A stretch of 64,000 nt of DNA from Amoebophrya sp. A120. Taxonomy: Eukaryota > Protista > Dinoflagellata. The stretch lies in NCBI GenBank assembly GCA_905178155.1, contig CAJINV010000013.1, forward strand, positions 1,988,281 to 2,052,280. The letters are read 5' to 3'. The position numbers and the translations under genes are program-made. This document shows, piece after piece, positions 24,458-35,558 of this stretch (positions within the stretch are counted from its first letter, which is position 1; each line of letters opens with the position of its first letter). The notes under the pieces are model-generated. The model was not told the DNA's origin, searched no databases, and was given only the letters and a program-made list of their open reading frames with translations.

Positions 24458-25543
24458 CTAGTGCTGTAGGTCAACAAAGTTGACACCCGAATACTTACCT
24501 ACAACGGGATGAAGGCCCGAGAGGCGGGAGTAGAGCAAAAACATAAAAGGACTCGACCAGCGACACTGTAAGCATATGACATCTGGCGGGACATTATTGT
24601 AGCGCATGTGCAACGTCGCACCAATGCGCAGCGAGTGGCAATTTGTCTCAGAATCAGGATAATGGTGCCGAAATAGGTGCGGAAAATCAATTTCGATTTC
24701 GGTGTTAATTTTTTCGAGAAATTGGCGATAGGAATGCAAGCGCGTCTCTCTAGCGTCTTTGCAGGTGCAACGCACTGAGACGCCTTGAATATTTGTCGAC
24801 TTGGCAAGCCCCTGCTGGCACGCAGGACGAAAATCCGCCGTGATATGTGTGTCAGTATAGGTGACTAGAGTGGATTTATTTATTTGCGCCAACTCTCCTC
24901 GCCGAAGCGCGAAGACGAAGGCAAGCAAAAAAATAGCTCTCGCAGTGACATCCTGCACTGCGACGACTTGGCTAAGTTGAGTAGGTATTTTTTGCGTGTG
25001 TGTCATAAGTGTCGTTTTTTGTCTTAAACGCGATAGGCCCGCGCGTAATTCTTGCTCTTCGACTTCGTGCAGTTCGATCTGGTTGGACTTTTTGGCAAAA
25101 GTCAGAACTGTGCTGATGTCATCGTCTAAAGTTTTGCACCGACACTGAATCGCAACACTAACGAAAATCATGCGTTTTTTGTAGTCAAGTGGGAAAGGCT
25201 TCACATTTGCAGCAGAAGTTATTTCTTCGCATTTCTTAATTCGGGAGGTCGATGTAGATACAGTGGACGGCTTGACTTGTTGCAATTCATTTGCATAAGT
25301 CAAGGCGGCTCTTAGCAGATTTGGGCTACTGGCGACCATAATCGCCATGCTTTGTTGCTTAGAAGAGCGGGTCTTTGTCTGCACACTAGAACTGGGCAAG
25401 TTTGTAAAAAATTCATCATCCACAGCTTCAGAATTCCGATGCGGAGATCGCTCACGTGCAGGGGCATTAGCAGTACTACTGCTGCCGGCGCCTGACGCAG
25501 GTGCAAGAGAATTCTCTTGAAGATATAAGTCTCTTCGCCGCAT
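24458..25543 (-). CDS. Tyrosine recombinase (DIRS/Ngaro/PAT-like)
   Basis: 361 aa with FALRRGEL (R), HSLRIGAT (HxxR), CRWSS (W) and LLYSR (Y). Confidence 0.92.
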   Translation of the reverse strand: MRRRDLYLQENSLAPASGAGSSSTANAPARERSPHRNSEAVDDEFFTNLPSSSVQTKTRSSKQQSMAIMVASSPNLLRAALTYANELQQVKPSTVSTSTSRIKKCEEITSAANVKPFPLDYKKRMIFVSVAIQCRCKTLDDDISTVLTFAKKSNQIELHEVEEQELRAGLSRLRQKTTLMTHTQKIPTQLSQVVAVQDVTARAIFLLAFVFALRRGELAQINKSTLVTYTDTHITADFRPACQQGLAKSTNIQGVSVRCTCKDARETRLHSYRQFLEKINTEIEIDFPHLFRHHYPDSETNCHSLRIGATLHMRYNNVPPDVICLQCRWSSPFMFLLYSRLSGLHPVVGKYSGVNFVDLQH

Positions 25544-25552
25544 GGTAGTCGT

Positions 25553-26386
25553 TTACTTGTTGGGGAGCGGAATAGTGCCAATAGTGCCGGGCGGGGCCCA
25601 CTTTTTGTGCTGTTTAATATTTGCTACAGCACTCGCGAAAGTGACACCGCTCAAATTGATCGAGAACTGTTTTGCCTGGTCACGAAAGTCCTTTTCCGTA
25701 GGAATAGTATGCTTGCGCAAGCAGGACGGGTTGTTGCAAGCACCCCGCCAAAGGTCAAAGCAATACTGGTCCTGGATGGCGACTTTCTTCTGCGGGGGGC
25801 CACCTCCAGCCGAGTGGTCACCAACCCGTTTGTTAGACGAGGAAGACGATGACGCAGCTGCGCCGATTTGCTGCTTGAGATCTTCCGCGAGCTGCGCAGT
25901 GGGCTGAAACAACGCCACACGGTCGAAGTGCGTGAAAAAATCGACCTCAAACCAGTTCCGACGGCGGTCCTTGTACTTCAAGGCGGGGGCTTTCGGCTCC
26001 CGCTTTTTGCACTCTGCAGCCAGAGGCCAGACCTTGGAGAGTATATAAGCAGCCGCCCGGGGAGATAAGCGATCGACCTTGGAGTAGGCCTTGTTGTACT
26101 GCGTAGCTACGATAACGTCCTCACCGAGTAACGCCTGCAAAAAGGTCCCCCGTTTTTCTTTCGTTAAGAAAATAGTCGACAGCTGTTCGATCTCGTGACT
26201 TTTGAGCAGGTTGCTCACTGCCTTGCGCTCGTCCTTATCTGGGGCAGTGAACGAGTCGACAATTTTGTCGTTGTATTCTTCCAGCTTTTGTTCAAGCTCT
26301 TGCTTAGTACTAGCTCGCTTGTCGGCGAGCTTATCCAGAAGCCCCCCGAACTCTTCTAGCTGTGCGTCGTCCAGAGGGGGCGACAT
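25553..26386 (-). CDS. Gag-like protein with a CCCH zinc finger
   Basis: 277 aa; N-terminal coiled coil; YCFDLWRGACNNPSCLRKH; ends 10 nt upstream of the YR start. Confidence 0.7.
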   Translation of the reverse strand: MSPPLDDAQLEEFGGLLDKLADKRASTKQELEQKLEEYNDKIVDSFTAPDKDERKAVSNLLKSHEIEQLSTIFLTKEKRGTFLQALLGEDVIVATQYNKAYSKVDRLSPRAAAYILSKVWPLAAECKKREPKAPALKYKDRRRNWFEVDFFTHFDRVALFQPTAQLAEDLKQQIGAAASSSSSSNKRVGDHSAGGGPPQKKVAIQDQYCFDLWRGACNNPSCLRKHTIPTEKDFRDQAKQFSINLSGVTFASAVANIKQHKKWAPPGTIGTIPLPNK

Positions 26387-28109
26387 TGTGGGGCTTTACG
26401 GGGTTTTTTTCAGCACTAAGGACCTGCGCAGGCTGTATTTCGTATGGGCAGAATGTATATGGGGATACGCAGGATCAGTATGTTATGAGATAGCAATTAA
26501 AATAAGACCGAGGAATTGCAGCATGCGCATGCGATATCACTCAGTTGTCAAACAAGTTGACCGACGTAGCAGACAGCGGGTGGGCGGGTGGGCAAAACAG
26601 AAACACATCTGCTCGCTCGCGTGCCTGCTGCCCGTATACATCTATTTTCTTTGTCATAATCAAATGGCTCACGCACCAAGCCCGAGCCAAACTCACAGGC
26701 TCGCATGACTCTTCCTTGCTGCGTACGCATTTTAAATTTTAATTATGCAAACTCCAAGGAAGAGCCCGGTGGCTTATGTCGGCTGCGCTCCCGAAGGCAA
26801 ACATAGTGCCAGCCCCGAGCCAACGTGGCAGAGCCGCGACCCGATGAGAGCCCCGCGCTACGGGCGGATGAACATCGGGATGGGGGAGGGCAAGCCGACA
26901 CAGCGCCAACGTGGCGATGCCACCGGAAAGTGGACCTACAGCAGAAGCGCCCTAAGCGACGGAGGGCAAAATTTTAGGCGCATGACGCGCATGCTTGCAT
27001 GACGCTAAAATCGCATGACGCGGTGTGTGCATGACGCAGAAGTTATTGGAGGCCAATGCTGGCCATGAAGTGACCATGCGGTCAGGAGCCATGCGGCTCG
27101 GTAGCTGCGGGGGTGGGGTCGCTAAGCCCATGCACGCAAACAAAACAGAAACGCATCTGCTCGCTCGCGTGCCCGCTGCCCGTATACATCTACTTTCTTT
27201 GTCATAATCAAATGGCTCACGCACCAAGCCCGAGCCAAACTCACAGGCTCGCATGACTCTTCCTTGCTGCGTACGCATTTCAAAAGGGAAATTTGTGTTG
27301 TTGATCTGCGAATATAAGAAAAAGAAATCCATCTGTAAATGCAAAAACAAAGAGAATAAAGCGAGGGCGCAGCTACGTGGCATGATCGATGTAGTATGCG
27401 GTTTCTATGGTTGGTCAAGCAACAGAGAAAACTTCTGTCATGCCAAGCAGCTAGTCATCCCCTCCAGAAACTGGCTTAGCTGAGATTCTACTTCCTCGCT
27501 TTGAAAAATCATGCTACTCACACAAATCTCTGATGTTTGAATGTGGTGATGGGGGCACTTTTCATCTTGGTAGTTCGTCTGGTCGCTCGTGTACATCGAG
27601 TCCACCCATCGTACAAAGCGACGAAAAACCGCGTGGTAAGCGGGAGTGATGGGCCAACCTCTTCACATATCAAAGTGAAAAGCGCCACCTCTTCGCTCCT
27701 CACCTACATCGAAGTTGCAAAGCTCTAGCATGGCCTCTGCGGAGCTAGCGCGCGAAACAGATTTTCGCTATCATTTTTCCTCGTTGAAAATTATCTGTTG
27801 TGATGCTGCTTCACACGAGTTGCAAATGTAAATGTTCCCATTAGGAACTTTTACAGTAACAAATAAAGCTTTATTCGTCAAGTTGGGAACTTTATTTCAC
27901 TTTGATATGACAGCTCCGTGTGCTGATGTTGCGACGTTACTGGCGGTGGATGCCGTCGAGATATCCGAGGAGGAGCCCGCCGAGGTGGCACGGTCGTAGT
28001 ACGTGTGCGGCTCGCGAACAAGACAGAATCGCAACAAAAAACTGTTTCTTGTCGTGATATTCGGGTCCTCTTGCCCGAGAGAAATGTGTGTAAGAAAGCA
28101 AAGGGCACT

Positions 28110-28234
28110 ATGTTCAACAGGTTGTACGGGCGAGCACGCGTGGTAGATTTGTTTTTCCCATCCTGCTGCTTGTTCGCTGTATGTTGGTTGTACGTGCGAG
28201 CACGCGTGGTAGATTTGTTTTTTCCCATCCTGCT
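28110..28234. repeat. 66-bp-period tandem duplication
   Basis: gcgagcacgcgtggtagatttgtttttcccatcctgct at about 28130 and 28196. Confidence 0.8.
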
Positions 28235-28874
28235 CGTCCGCTGTCATGCAAAGCAGAAAACCTGTCACGCAAAAGATGCAAAATCGTCAACAGTAGAGTG
28301 AACCAGTTTTTTCGTACGATAGATCATAGATGCCGCGTTTCATACCCGGTTGTTCCCGCTTAGCTGTCGCTAGTTGATGCAACTCAGTTCCACCTCCGGG
28401 GCGCTGTTCGGTGGCCGCACGACGGAAGCTGAGTGGAAAGACCAGGGCATCTTCGCGCCGGAAAGATGAGGCCTGTTCCTGGACCTTGTGTTGGAACTGA
28501 TTATGGCCTGCTCAAACGTCGGAACACTTTCAAACTAGAACCATTGGAATTCGAATAAAGTATCTGAAGCATCAAACATGCGAATAAAAAATAATAGTCG
28601 TCTCCTTATTTGTTGCATCACAGGAGACCACCTCCTGTGGCCGAATGTGTCCTGCACACGCCAGCGCCGGGTACTTAGTAGACTTTGGCTTGTTTACCTT
28701 TCGACATGCAAAACAAAGTTTAGGCCCTACGTACATGGGTCGTCCAGTTGAATTTGTTCTAGGTGAGCACGCAGGGCATACTGGTGGCGCAGCTCCTGGT
28801 CCTCGGTCGAGACAATAGACGAGCCAGAGCCCCCTGCGAATAGTGCTTATATTAAGGTCGCGCCCGGAGGGCGA

Positions 28875-30222
28875 TATTGGTAACCAAATGCGTGCGCGAA
28901 AATCTATCCAGCGCGAAGACCCGCCAACCTTTTTCTAACATCGTCCGCGGCCCTAAAGGGCCGCGGACAACTACTGTCGCCCGCGGCGGCCCGCAGGCTC
29001 CTGCGATAAGCATTGAAGGCGAAATCCGGTCTGCTATTTCGCAGCGGGGCATTCTTTCTAGCCCCCTGCATGACAAACTGGCCACCTGGCCAGGAAGATA
29101 TGTGGCCGGGGGGGCCAAGCCCCCCCCGGACCCCCCCATCCACTTTCGCAGCGGGGCATCCTTTCTGGCCCCCTGCATGACAAACTGGCCACCTGGCCAG
29201 GAAGATATGCGGGTCATCGGGGGCTCCCGGATTCGCGTTCAAAGCTTATCGCAGGAGCCTGCGGGCCGCCGCGGGCTCCACCACTTCCCCGCGGCCCTAA
29301 AGGGCCGCGGACAACTACTGTCGCCCGCGGCGGCCCGCAGGCTCCTGCGATAAGCATTGAAGGCGAAATCCGGTCTGCTATTTCGCAGCGGGGCATACTT
29401 TCTAGCCCCCTGCATGACAAACTGGCCACCTGGCCAGGAAGACCCCCCATCCACTTTCGCAGCGGGGCATCCTTTCTGGCCCCCTGCATGACAAACTGGC
29501 CACCTGGCCAGGAAGATATGTGGGTCATATGACAGCCCTTTTGGGCCACCCAAATCGGGCATTTCCAAGCGGGCGGAGGCTTCAGTTTGCTACCCTCAGA
29601 GAGGTCGAAAAGCGTGGGGGGTGAACACACCTCCGCAGGCTTGATGGCTGCTTTTTTTCTTTCAATCACGGCGGTATGGGCCGTGTGACAATTTCAAAAA
29701 CCACTTTTGAGCGGCAATTTCTAAGCGGCCCCTGCTTTTTCACAAAAAAGCGCCATTTTCAATTTCCAAGCGGCTTCCGGGGACTGCAGAAAATCGGTAA
29801 ATTTTGTCGGCCGCTTGTAGGCTGCGAAAAATTGCATTTTTTCAGCTCTTTTTTTCAATTTTCAAGCGGCTGGAGCTGCCCGGAGGTGACGCATTTTCCG
29901 CTATAAAACGCATCACACCACCGGCCCTTGCCGAAAATGCCACAATCTTTTTTCAGATTCAGACCGGGCGGAGCTGCAAAACTGCTATTTTTTACCCTTT
30001 TCCCACTTGGTTTGGTAATTGCTGTTTTGGTTGCTTTCGGGAAAATTCCCACAAATTCTGCCCGATCCGCTTTCTGAAGGCAAAACACACTTGACAATGC
30101 CCGACTTTGCCAGTGGTTGCATACCCCCGAGTTCCTCCCATATGGTAACGGCAAAGCCTTCGCGCTGCGTTTGCGATGGATGAGCATCTCGCAAAGAGCG
30201 CTTGCGCACGCTTTGGTTACCA
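28875..30222. mobile_element. Non-coding TIR/foldback-like element with modular internal repeats
   Basis: IR tggtaaccaaa(t)gcgtgcgc at 28878 and 30201-30222; ~110-bp module at 28945 and 29289 with an inverted part at 29242; ccccctgcatgacaaactggccacctggccaggaaga four times. Confidence 0.6.
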
Positions 30223-31203
30223 GACCACGCAGTCGCGCAGCTTTTTAGTCGTTTACATGTAGCATATTTTGCCAATACGAATGGAAATCAGTGGAGTGAT
30301 CTATCGGTCTATCAGAAAGAACTATGCTTCTTCCAATCTAATGACTGAGTAAGCAACAAGCGGACCATTCCAGCTCGAAAAAAGTCTTATCTTGGTAAAG
30401 AAGTTTTCGAGTTTAACGCAAAACAAAATCGCGTGCCAAAGGTAGTGACGAAGGTGGAATTAGAAAAAAAACTGACTGACTGAGCTTCTGCTTAGTCTAA
30501 GAATATTCGCGTTCGTTTTTTCATGGAGCTCGTTTAGATGTGCAGCGTTTTGCTATCTATTTGCGTGAGGATCGCTCCTCGATTTCCTCCTCTTTTTCCC
30601 CTTCGCCCTTAGGCCATGGGGTCAGCGGCGGCCCAGATTTTGCTCTGTCGGTCTTGCTGGAACACTGTGCCACAGACCGTCGCCTCCTCCATGCCGGAGT
30701 TCTCGCAGAAGTAGAAACTGCTTACTCGAAAATTTAGTGCGCTGCCGTCGTCGCTTCGCGCCGTGTAGTTGTAGGCGGACCTGGGCCGCCTCTCCCACAC
30801 CTTACCGGAAATTTGCTGCAATAAATTCCGCTCTTGCTCTTCTTTCTCCGCACGCTGCTGCTCCAGTCGTTCGCGTCGTTGTTCCTCCATTGCGGTCCTT
30901 TTTGCTGTCTTGGGTCGCCCTGCCGGCGCCCCTCGTCGCTTCTTCTGCAGGGTCTGGGCCGCTCTGTTTTTCTCCAGTGTTTGTCGAACTGCTATGCCCG
31001 AGGGCTTGGCGTCTTTCAGAACTTGGAACGGGATCCCGTAAAAGTCGAGATCTTCCTGTGCCTGCTTGCCCCAAGGGGTTTTTTGCTGTAGTTCGTACTC
31101 AACCCGGCGCGCCGAGCCTTCTTCCCTCCGTGTCCCCCCTGCAGGCATGCGCGATCCAAGCGACGCGCTTGGCCCGAGTTTCGTCTTCTATGGGCTGCAC
31201 TCC

Positions 31204-33273
31204 TCATTCGCAACAAAGTTCTACTCGGGACTTCTCAACGTTTCTGTAGTACCCCCCAAGGACTGAGCGGAGGGAATTATCTTGGAATGATCGGAGCGCT
31301 GTGTGTGCCGCTTTCGAAATGCGCCACACCTCCGAGTTGTACAAAGCTATACTGAGAGTGAGCGCACGATACAACTCAGCCTTCAAGTGGAGAGGCACAG
31401 AGCCATCCCTCCATATCGGGCCGAGTTGTTTCACCACCCCACTGGCCATCCCGCATCTGCGGGCGGTTTCTGCGTCTGTGTCGCCCCTGCTACTGATTTC
31501 GGTGCCGAGGTATTTGAAAGCCCCGACCGACTCGACCGGTTTGCCCATGTGCCGCACCTGCTTGCAGTCGCTTGCCGCCGCAGGCCTTGCCTGCCGTTTG
31601 TTCTTTTGTTCTGCGATTCTGCTCAGGCGGAGCGTTCTGAGTTCTGCGATTGTTTTGCTCGGGCGACAGAAGCCACTCGTTGAGTGGAAGTGCAGTGCTG
31701 TTGCGTCTGGCAGCACGTCCCCACACTTTTCGCAAACAAACTCGCTCTCTTCGTCTAGAACGTGCTGAACCCGGCCCAGTTTTGTAAGTCGTATGCTTTC
31801 GCCAGTGTGTGTCGTTGCCCACCCGCTGGGCTTCTCGGCTATGACTGTGAGTCCCTGCGCGGGGTCATCCCACACCACTGCGCGCGTGGGCGCCAGGTCG
31901 CCGAGGCCTTGCAGCGAGAGGCGCTGGACCTCCCGCCGCCATTCCTCGCTCCAGTCTACGCCGCTCCATTCTATCATCCATCCTTCTTCTTTTTCGCATA
32001 TGCACCGCTCCATTTTTGCGCCCGGGTTTTTCTTGATTTGTGCGTCTTGGTTCACCATCATTATTTTTGTCTTCTTCGCGTTGAGGTCTAGGCCGATGAA
32101 CCGGCACGCGCTCGCCAACTCCATGAGCGCGAAGTCCATCGCCTCCACGCTCGTGTCTTTGAGCGCCAGATCATCGACGTAGCCGAGCCACGCCAGCGCC
32201 CAGGCGTGCGCCTGCTCGGTGGTCCACTTTAGTTCTTCCGCCATTGTTGCCGCGAATTGCTTCATTGCCCAGTCCACACAGAGCGCAAACAGGAGGGGGC
32301 TCAACCCGCTCCCCTGCCGTATCCCGCTCTTTTGCTTAAAGGGCTTCGCGTGCTTGTCGTCGCCGAGGCGAATGATTACTTCTGCTTTTTCTTCGTACAT
32401 TTCCCGCACTACTCTGCAGAGGTTCTCAGGCATCCCTTGTTTTTTCAGAATTTGAAACATTACCGACCAGGACAATGAGTCAAACGCTTTCTGAAAGTCT
32501 ACGAACGCGTAGAGCGCCTTTTTTCCCTGCCTGTTGTTCCGTTCCAGGTCCCGGAGCAGTTCAAAAACTGCATGCCTGCACGACAGCCCCGCCCTGCATC
32601 CTTTTTGCCGCTTGTCCATCGCTTTATTGCTATTGGCGTCTTCTTCTATTCGTCTCAGTATTACTAGCCCCGCCAATTTTTCGCCTAACGACATCAGCGC
32701 GATCGGCCTCCAGTTTTTTGGATCGACCATGGCGCCGCCTTTGTGGAGCATGGCGACCACCGCCTTGCCCCACTCTGGAGGAATTCCGTCCCCCTTGAAG
32801 ATCCGGCGCACTAGTGCGATCATGATCGCCCGAACGGTCGGACAATCTCGCGCAAATTCCGCCGGTATCGGCCCCGCAAAGGCCTTGCCCCGCTTCAGCT
32901 CTCTGAGCGCGGCGTCTACTTCTTCGTGCGAAGGGATCGCGGCGACCCCCTCACACCAAACGCTTTCCGGCCCTTCTTTCTGCAGCTCTTCTTCGCATCT
33001 TTTCCAAGTTTTGGTCTGCTGCATCGGCTCCGGCGCTTCTGGCCGGTCTGTTCCGAATATGCCCCCCCAGAAATCCGTCCACGACTTGTCTTCTGTTCCC
33101 GGGAGGTCCTGCGGCCGCTTCTTCCCGCGCCCCGCCAACTGCCTAGCCGTCTCGTAGACCACTTTGGCGCTGCTTGTGTCGTCGGCCTTTTTTAGTGTTT
33201 CGATTTTCTGCGCTACCCACGTGTTTTTGTCTTGCCGCATCAGCCTATTAATTTCCCGGGTGATGTGGGTCAC
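31204..33273 (-). pseudogene. LINE reverse transcriptase domain with a zinc-finger-containing insertion
   Basis: WRPIALMS, FVDFQKAFDSL, GIRQGSGLSPLLF, YVDD, LNAKKTKIM, FKYLG. Confidence 0.95.
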
Positions 33274-33332
33274 CCTTTAGCCCTTGAGTTTCTTCGCCCT
33301 CCGTTCCTCTATTTTGCGCCATGTCTCTTCAC

Positions 33333-34565
33333 TTATCCATGGTTTTCTGGGGCCCTCAGGGGGAAGGTTTTTGCGAAGCTCTTCCAGAGTCGCCGTCGCG
33401 CTCGATTTTCTCCCACCAGTCGGTCCGCCGCGCTGGTGCCGCCCTCTTCTATGTCCGCAAGCACGGCCGGATTGTAAATTTTTCCCAGCTTTTCGCTTGC
33501 TAGCTCGGCCTGGTGTTTACTTCTTACAACTTTCGGCGGTATTTTTGCCGCTTTCGGTTTCTTTACTGCGCCGAGCTTCATCTCCATCACGACCATGCTG
33601 TGGTCGCTTGTTGTTAACGTGTTGCGAACTGCTTTGTATCCCTGAAAGAGACCGCGGTCGCGGTGTGTCACCAGAAAGCGGTCGCATTCCCGCCGCTTTC
33701 TGCCTTCGCTGGTCCAGTTCCCCTCAAAAGTGTAGCGGTGCCGCCACTGTTTCTTGTGCAGGCTGGAAATGTCTACTAGCTGCTGCGCTGCTGCGAGCCC
33801 GTGCAGCCTAGTTCTGTTGTCGGACTCGAGTGCGAGTCCGCTAGTTAGCCCGCATGGGCCGACGACAAACGGGAGCCCGGAGCTAATTAGCTCCGTCTCC
33901 GCGCTTCCTAGTTCGCAACTGTGGTCCCCCCCGACCACTACTATGTCGCGCTTGCTGTGCTGCTGCATCTCTGTTCGCGGCATGTTATAGCACTCGCCTC
34001 TCTTTTCTGGGCTGCTGACGTTGGTGGGGGCGTAGACGCTGTAGAAATGCACGGCCTTGCCGTGCGTTGCTTTGATGCTTACCCGCATCAGTCTGCTGTG
34101 CTGCGTCCCTGTTGTGCCTTCTATCTTGATCCCCGGGCGCACCAGGATTACTGTCCCCCCTACTGCGGGGCCCGCTGTGCTGCTTGTTGCGCCCCCACCA
34201 TACGCCTTGTACCCTCCAGGCCACGTCTCGCCGACCATCCCCGTGCGAATACGTGTCTCCTGGAGCAGGACTATATCCAGGTCGTTTCTTCCTACGTCTT
34301 CCATCAGCATTGCTACTTCGTGGGGCCAGCGGTCCCGGAACTCGTCCCGCTGTCCTAGTGTTCTGACGTTGAAGGTGCCTACTTTGAGTCTTCGCCCTGT
34401 CACCTTGCTCCTCCAGTCTCGGGAGGGAGCGCCCCTACCGGCGCTTGGTGTCCCGCGTGTGCCGGCGCACCTTGCGCTGCTGCCTCCACCAGGGACCACC
34501 CCTGGCGGGGGAGCTGCTGGCGTGACTGCGTCGTGTGACGAGGACGCCTCATGGCCCACCCCCAT
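33333..34565 (-). pseudogene. LINE apurinic-like endonuclease domain
   Basis: VGTFNVRTL, LLQETR, SVYAPT, VGGDH, CDRFLV, TSDHSMV. Confidence 0.92.
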
Positions 34566-35558
34566 GTTGGCGGGCTTGAGCCAAAGCTGCTACTCCGCTT
34601 CTGCAAAAATGTCTTCGCGCTACTGCTCCGCAGCTGTTAGTTCTTGACGTAGCGGCTTCCGACCCCGCCCGCTGGCTTTTTCTTCTTCGCTTTCCAGGCT
34701 GTGAGCACGAGTCTGGAAGTGCGGGCGCTTTTTTCTCGAGGTGTGCTCCTCGCATACTACTTGCTGGTCTGCATCGCCAACAGGTTGTTTTTATTCTCAA
34801 TTATTTCTTCTTTCGGTCTGGCGCTCACTCTCATCTGGCTGCTAGTGCTGCTCTTCTGTAGTGCTTATTTCTACCGGAACAAGGGAACTCCGGGCGTTTT
34901 CGCGAGATGCTCTCCTCTTCACACTTCCAAATTTCTTATCGATAGCAAAACAATTCTGCCTTCAAATACAGACACTGCTTGGCGGGCAAGTCTCCAGCAA
35001 CGCACTAGCTTCAGACCGAAATCTTAAGTAGGCTCTTCACGTAAGCTGCTCTGCCGATCCCACTAGGAGCCGGGGAAACTTATCCCGTAGCTACTCTTCT
35101 TTACTGTGGGTCGGGCAATGTAAGTCCTGGCACAGGACTGGTTTCCGGGCGGGGCCGGATGTAGAGATAATAACTACAGCAGAGATTCTTGTGTCCTTGG
35201 GGGGGTGCAAATTAACTATTTCTGTGCGCAGTTCTGGTTTCGTCGCCTCCGGCGCTCTGGCGGTGCTGGATCCTGGGTCCTGGCGCTCCCCAGCGTCGGC
35301 AAAATCGTACACGTACTACCTTGCTTCTTGTTTTCGGCGTATGCAGAAGATGATATTATTAGTCGCTGTTTGTAGTTGTAGTTTGTAGTTGGTTTGCAGG
35401 TCATGCTAGATGTTGTTCAGTTCGTACTCGATTGCTCTTGCTGGTAGTTCTAATGCATGGCATTACTGCTGGTCCCCGTGGCCTACTCGCGCCTCCACCT
35501 CCTTGCTCCGCTACTCGTCCTCAACTTTTATTTTTCATCTCGAGAAGAAGAGGAAGAG

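Larger units (their letters stand above)
24180..27280 (-). mobile_element. Intact split-direct-repeat tyrosine-recombinase element encoding Gag-like + YR, with no RT/RNase H
   Basis: A1 24180-24261 = A2 26738-26819 (1 mismatch); B1 26593-26732 = B2 27141-27280 (3 mismatches). Two uninterrupted ORFs fill the interior. Confidence 0.9.
30560..34600 (-). mobile_element. Non-LTR retrotransposon (APE endonuclease + RT, RTE-like), frameshifted
   Basis: Consecutive ORFs 33333-34565, 31204-33273 and 30609-31148 in different frames. Ends and TSD not resolved. Confidence 0.92.

Noticed and set aside
24458-25543. YR as a prophage integrase or as the introner-mobilising enzyme
   Set aside because: No phage genes; DIRS-like RWSS motif and Gag neighbour; its ends share nothing with the TAT..ATA elements, and variable 5-bp TSDs fit a DDE-type enzyme better.
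31301-34647. Long plus-strand ORFs over the LINE
   Set aside because: Antisense shadows of the GC-rich endonuclease and RT coding sequence.
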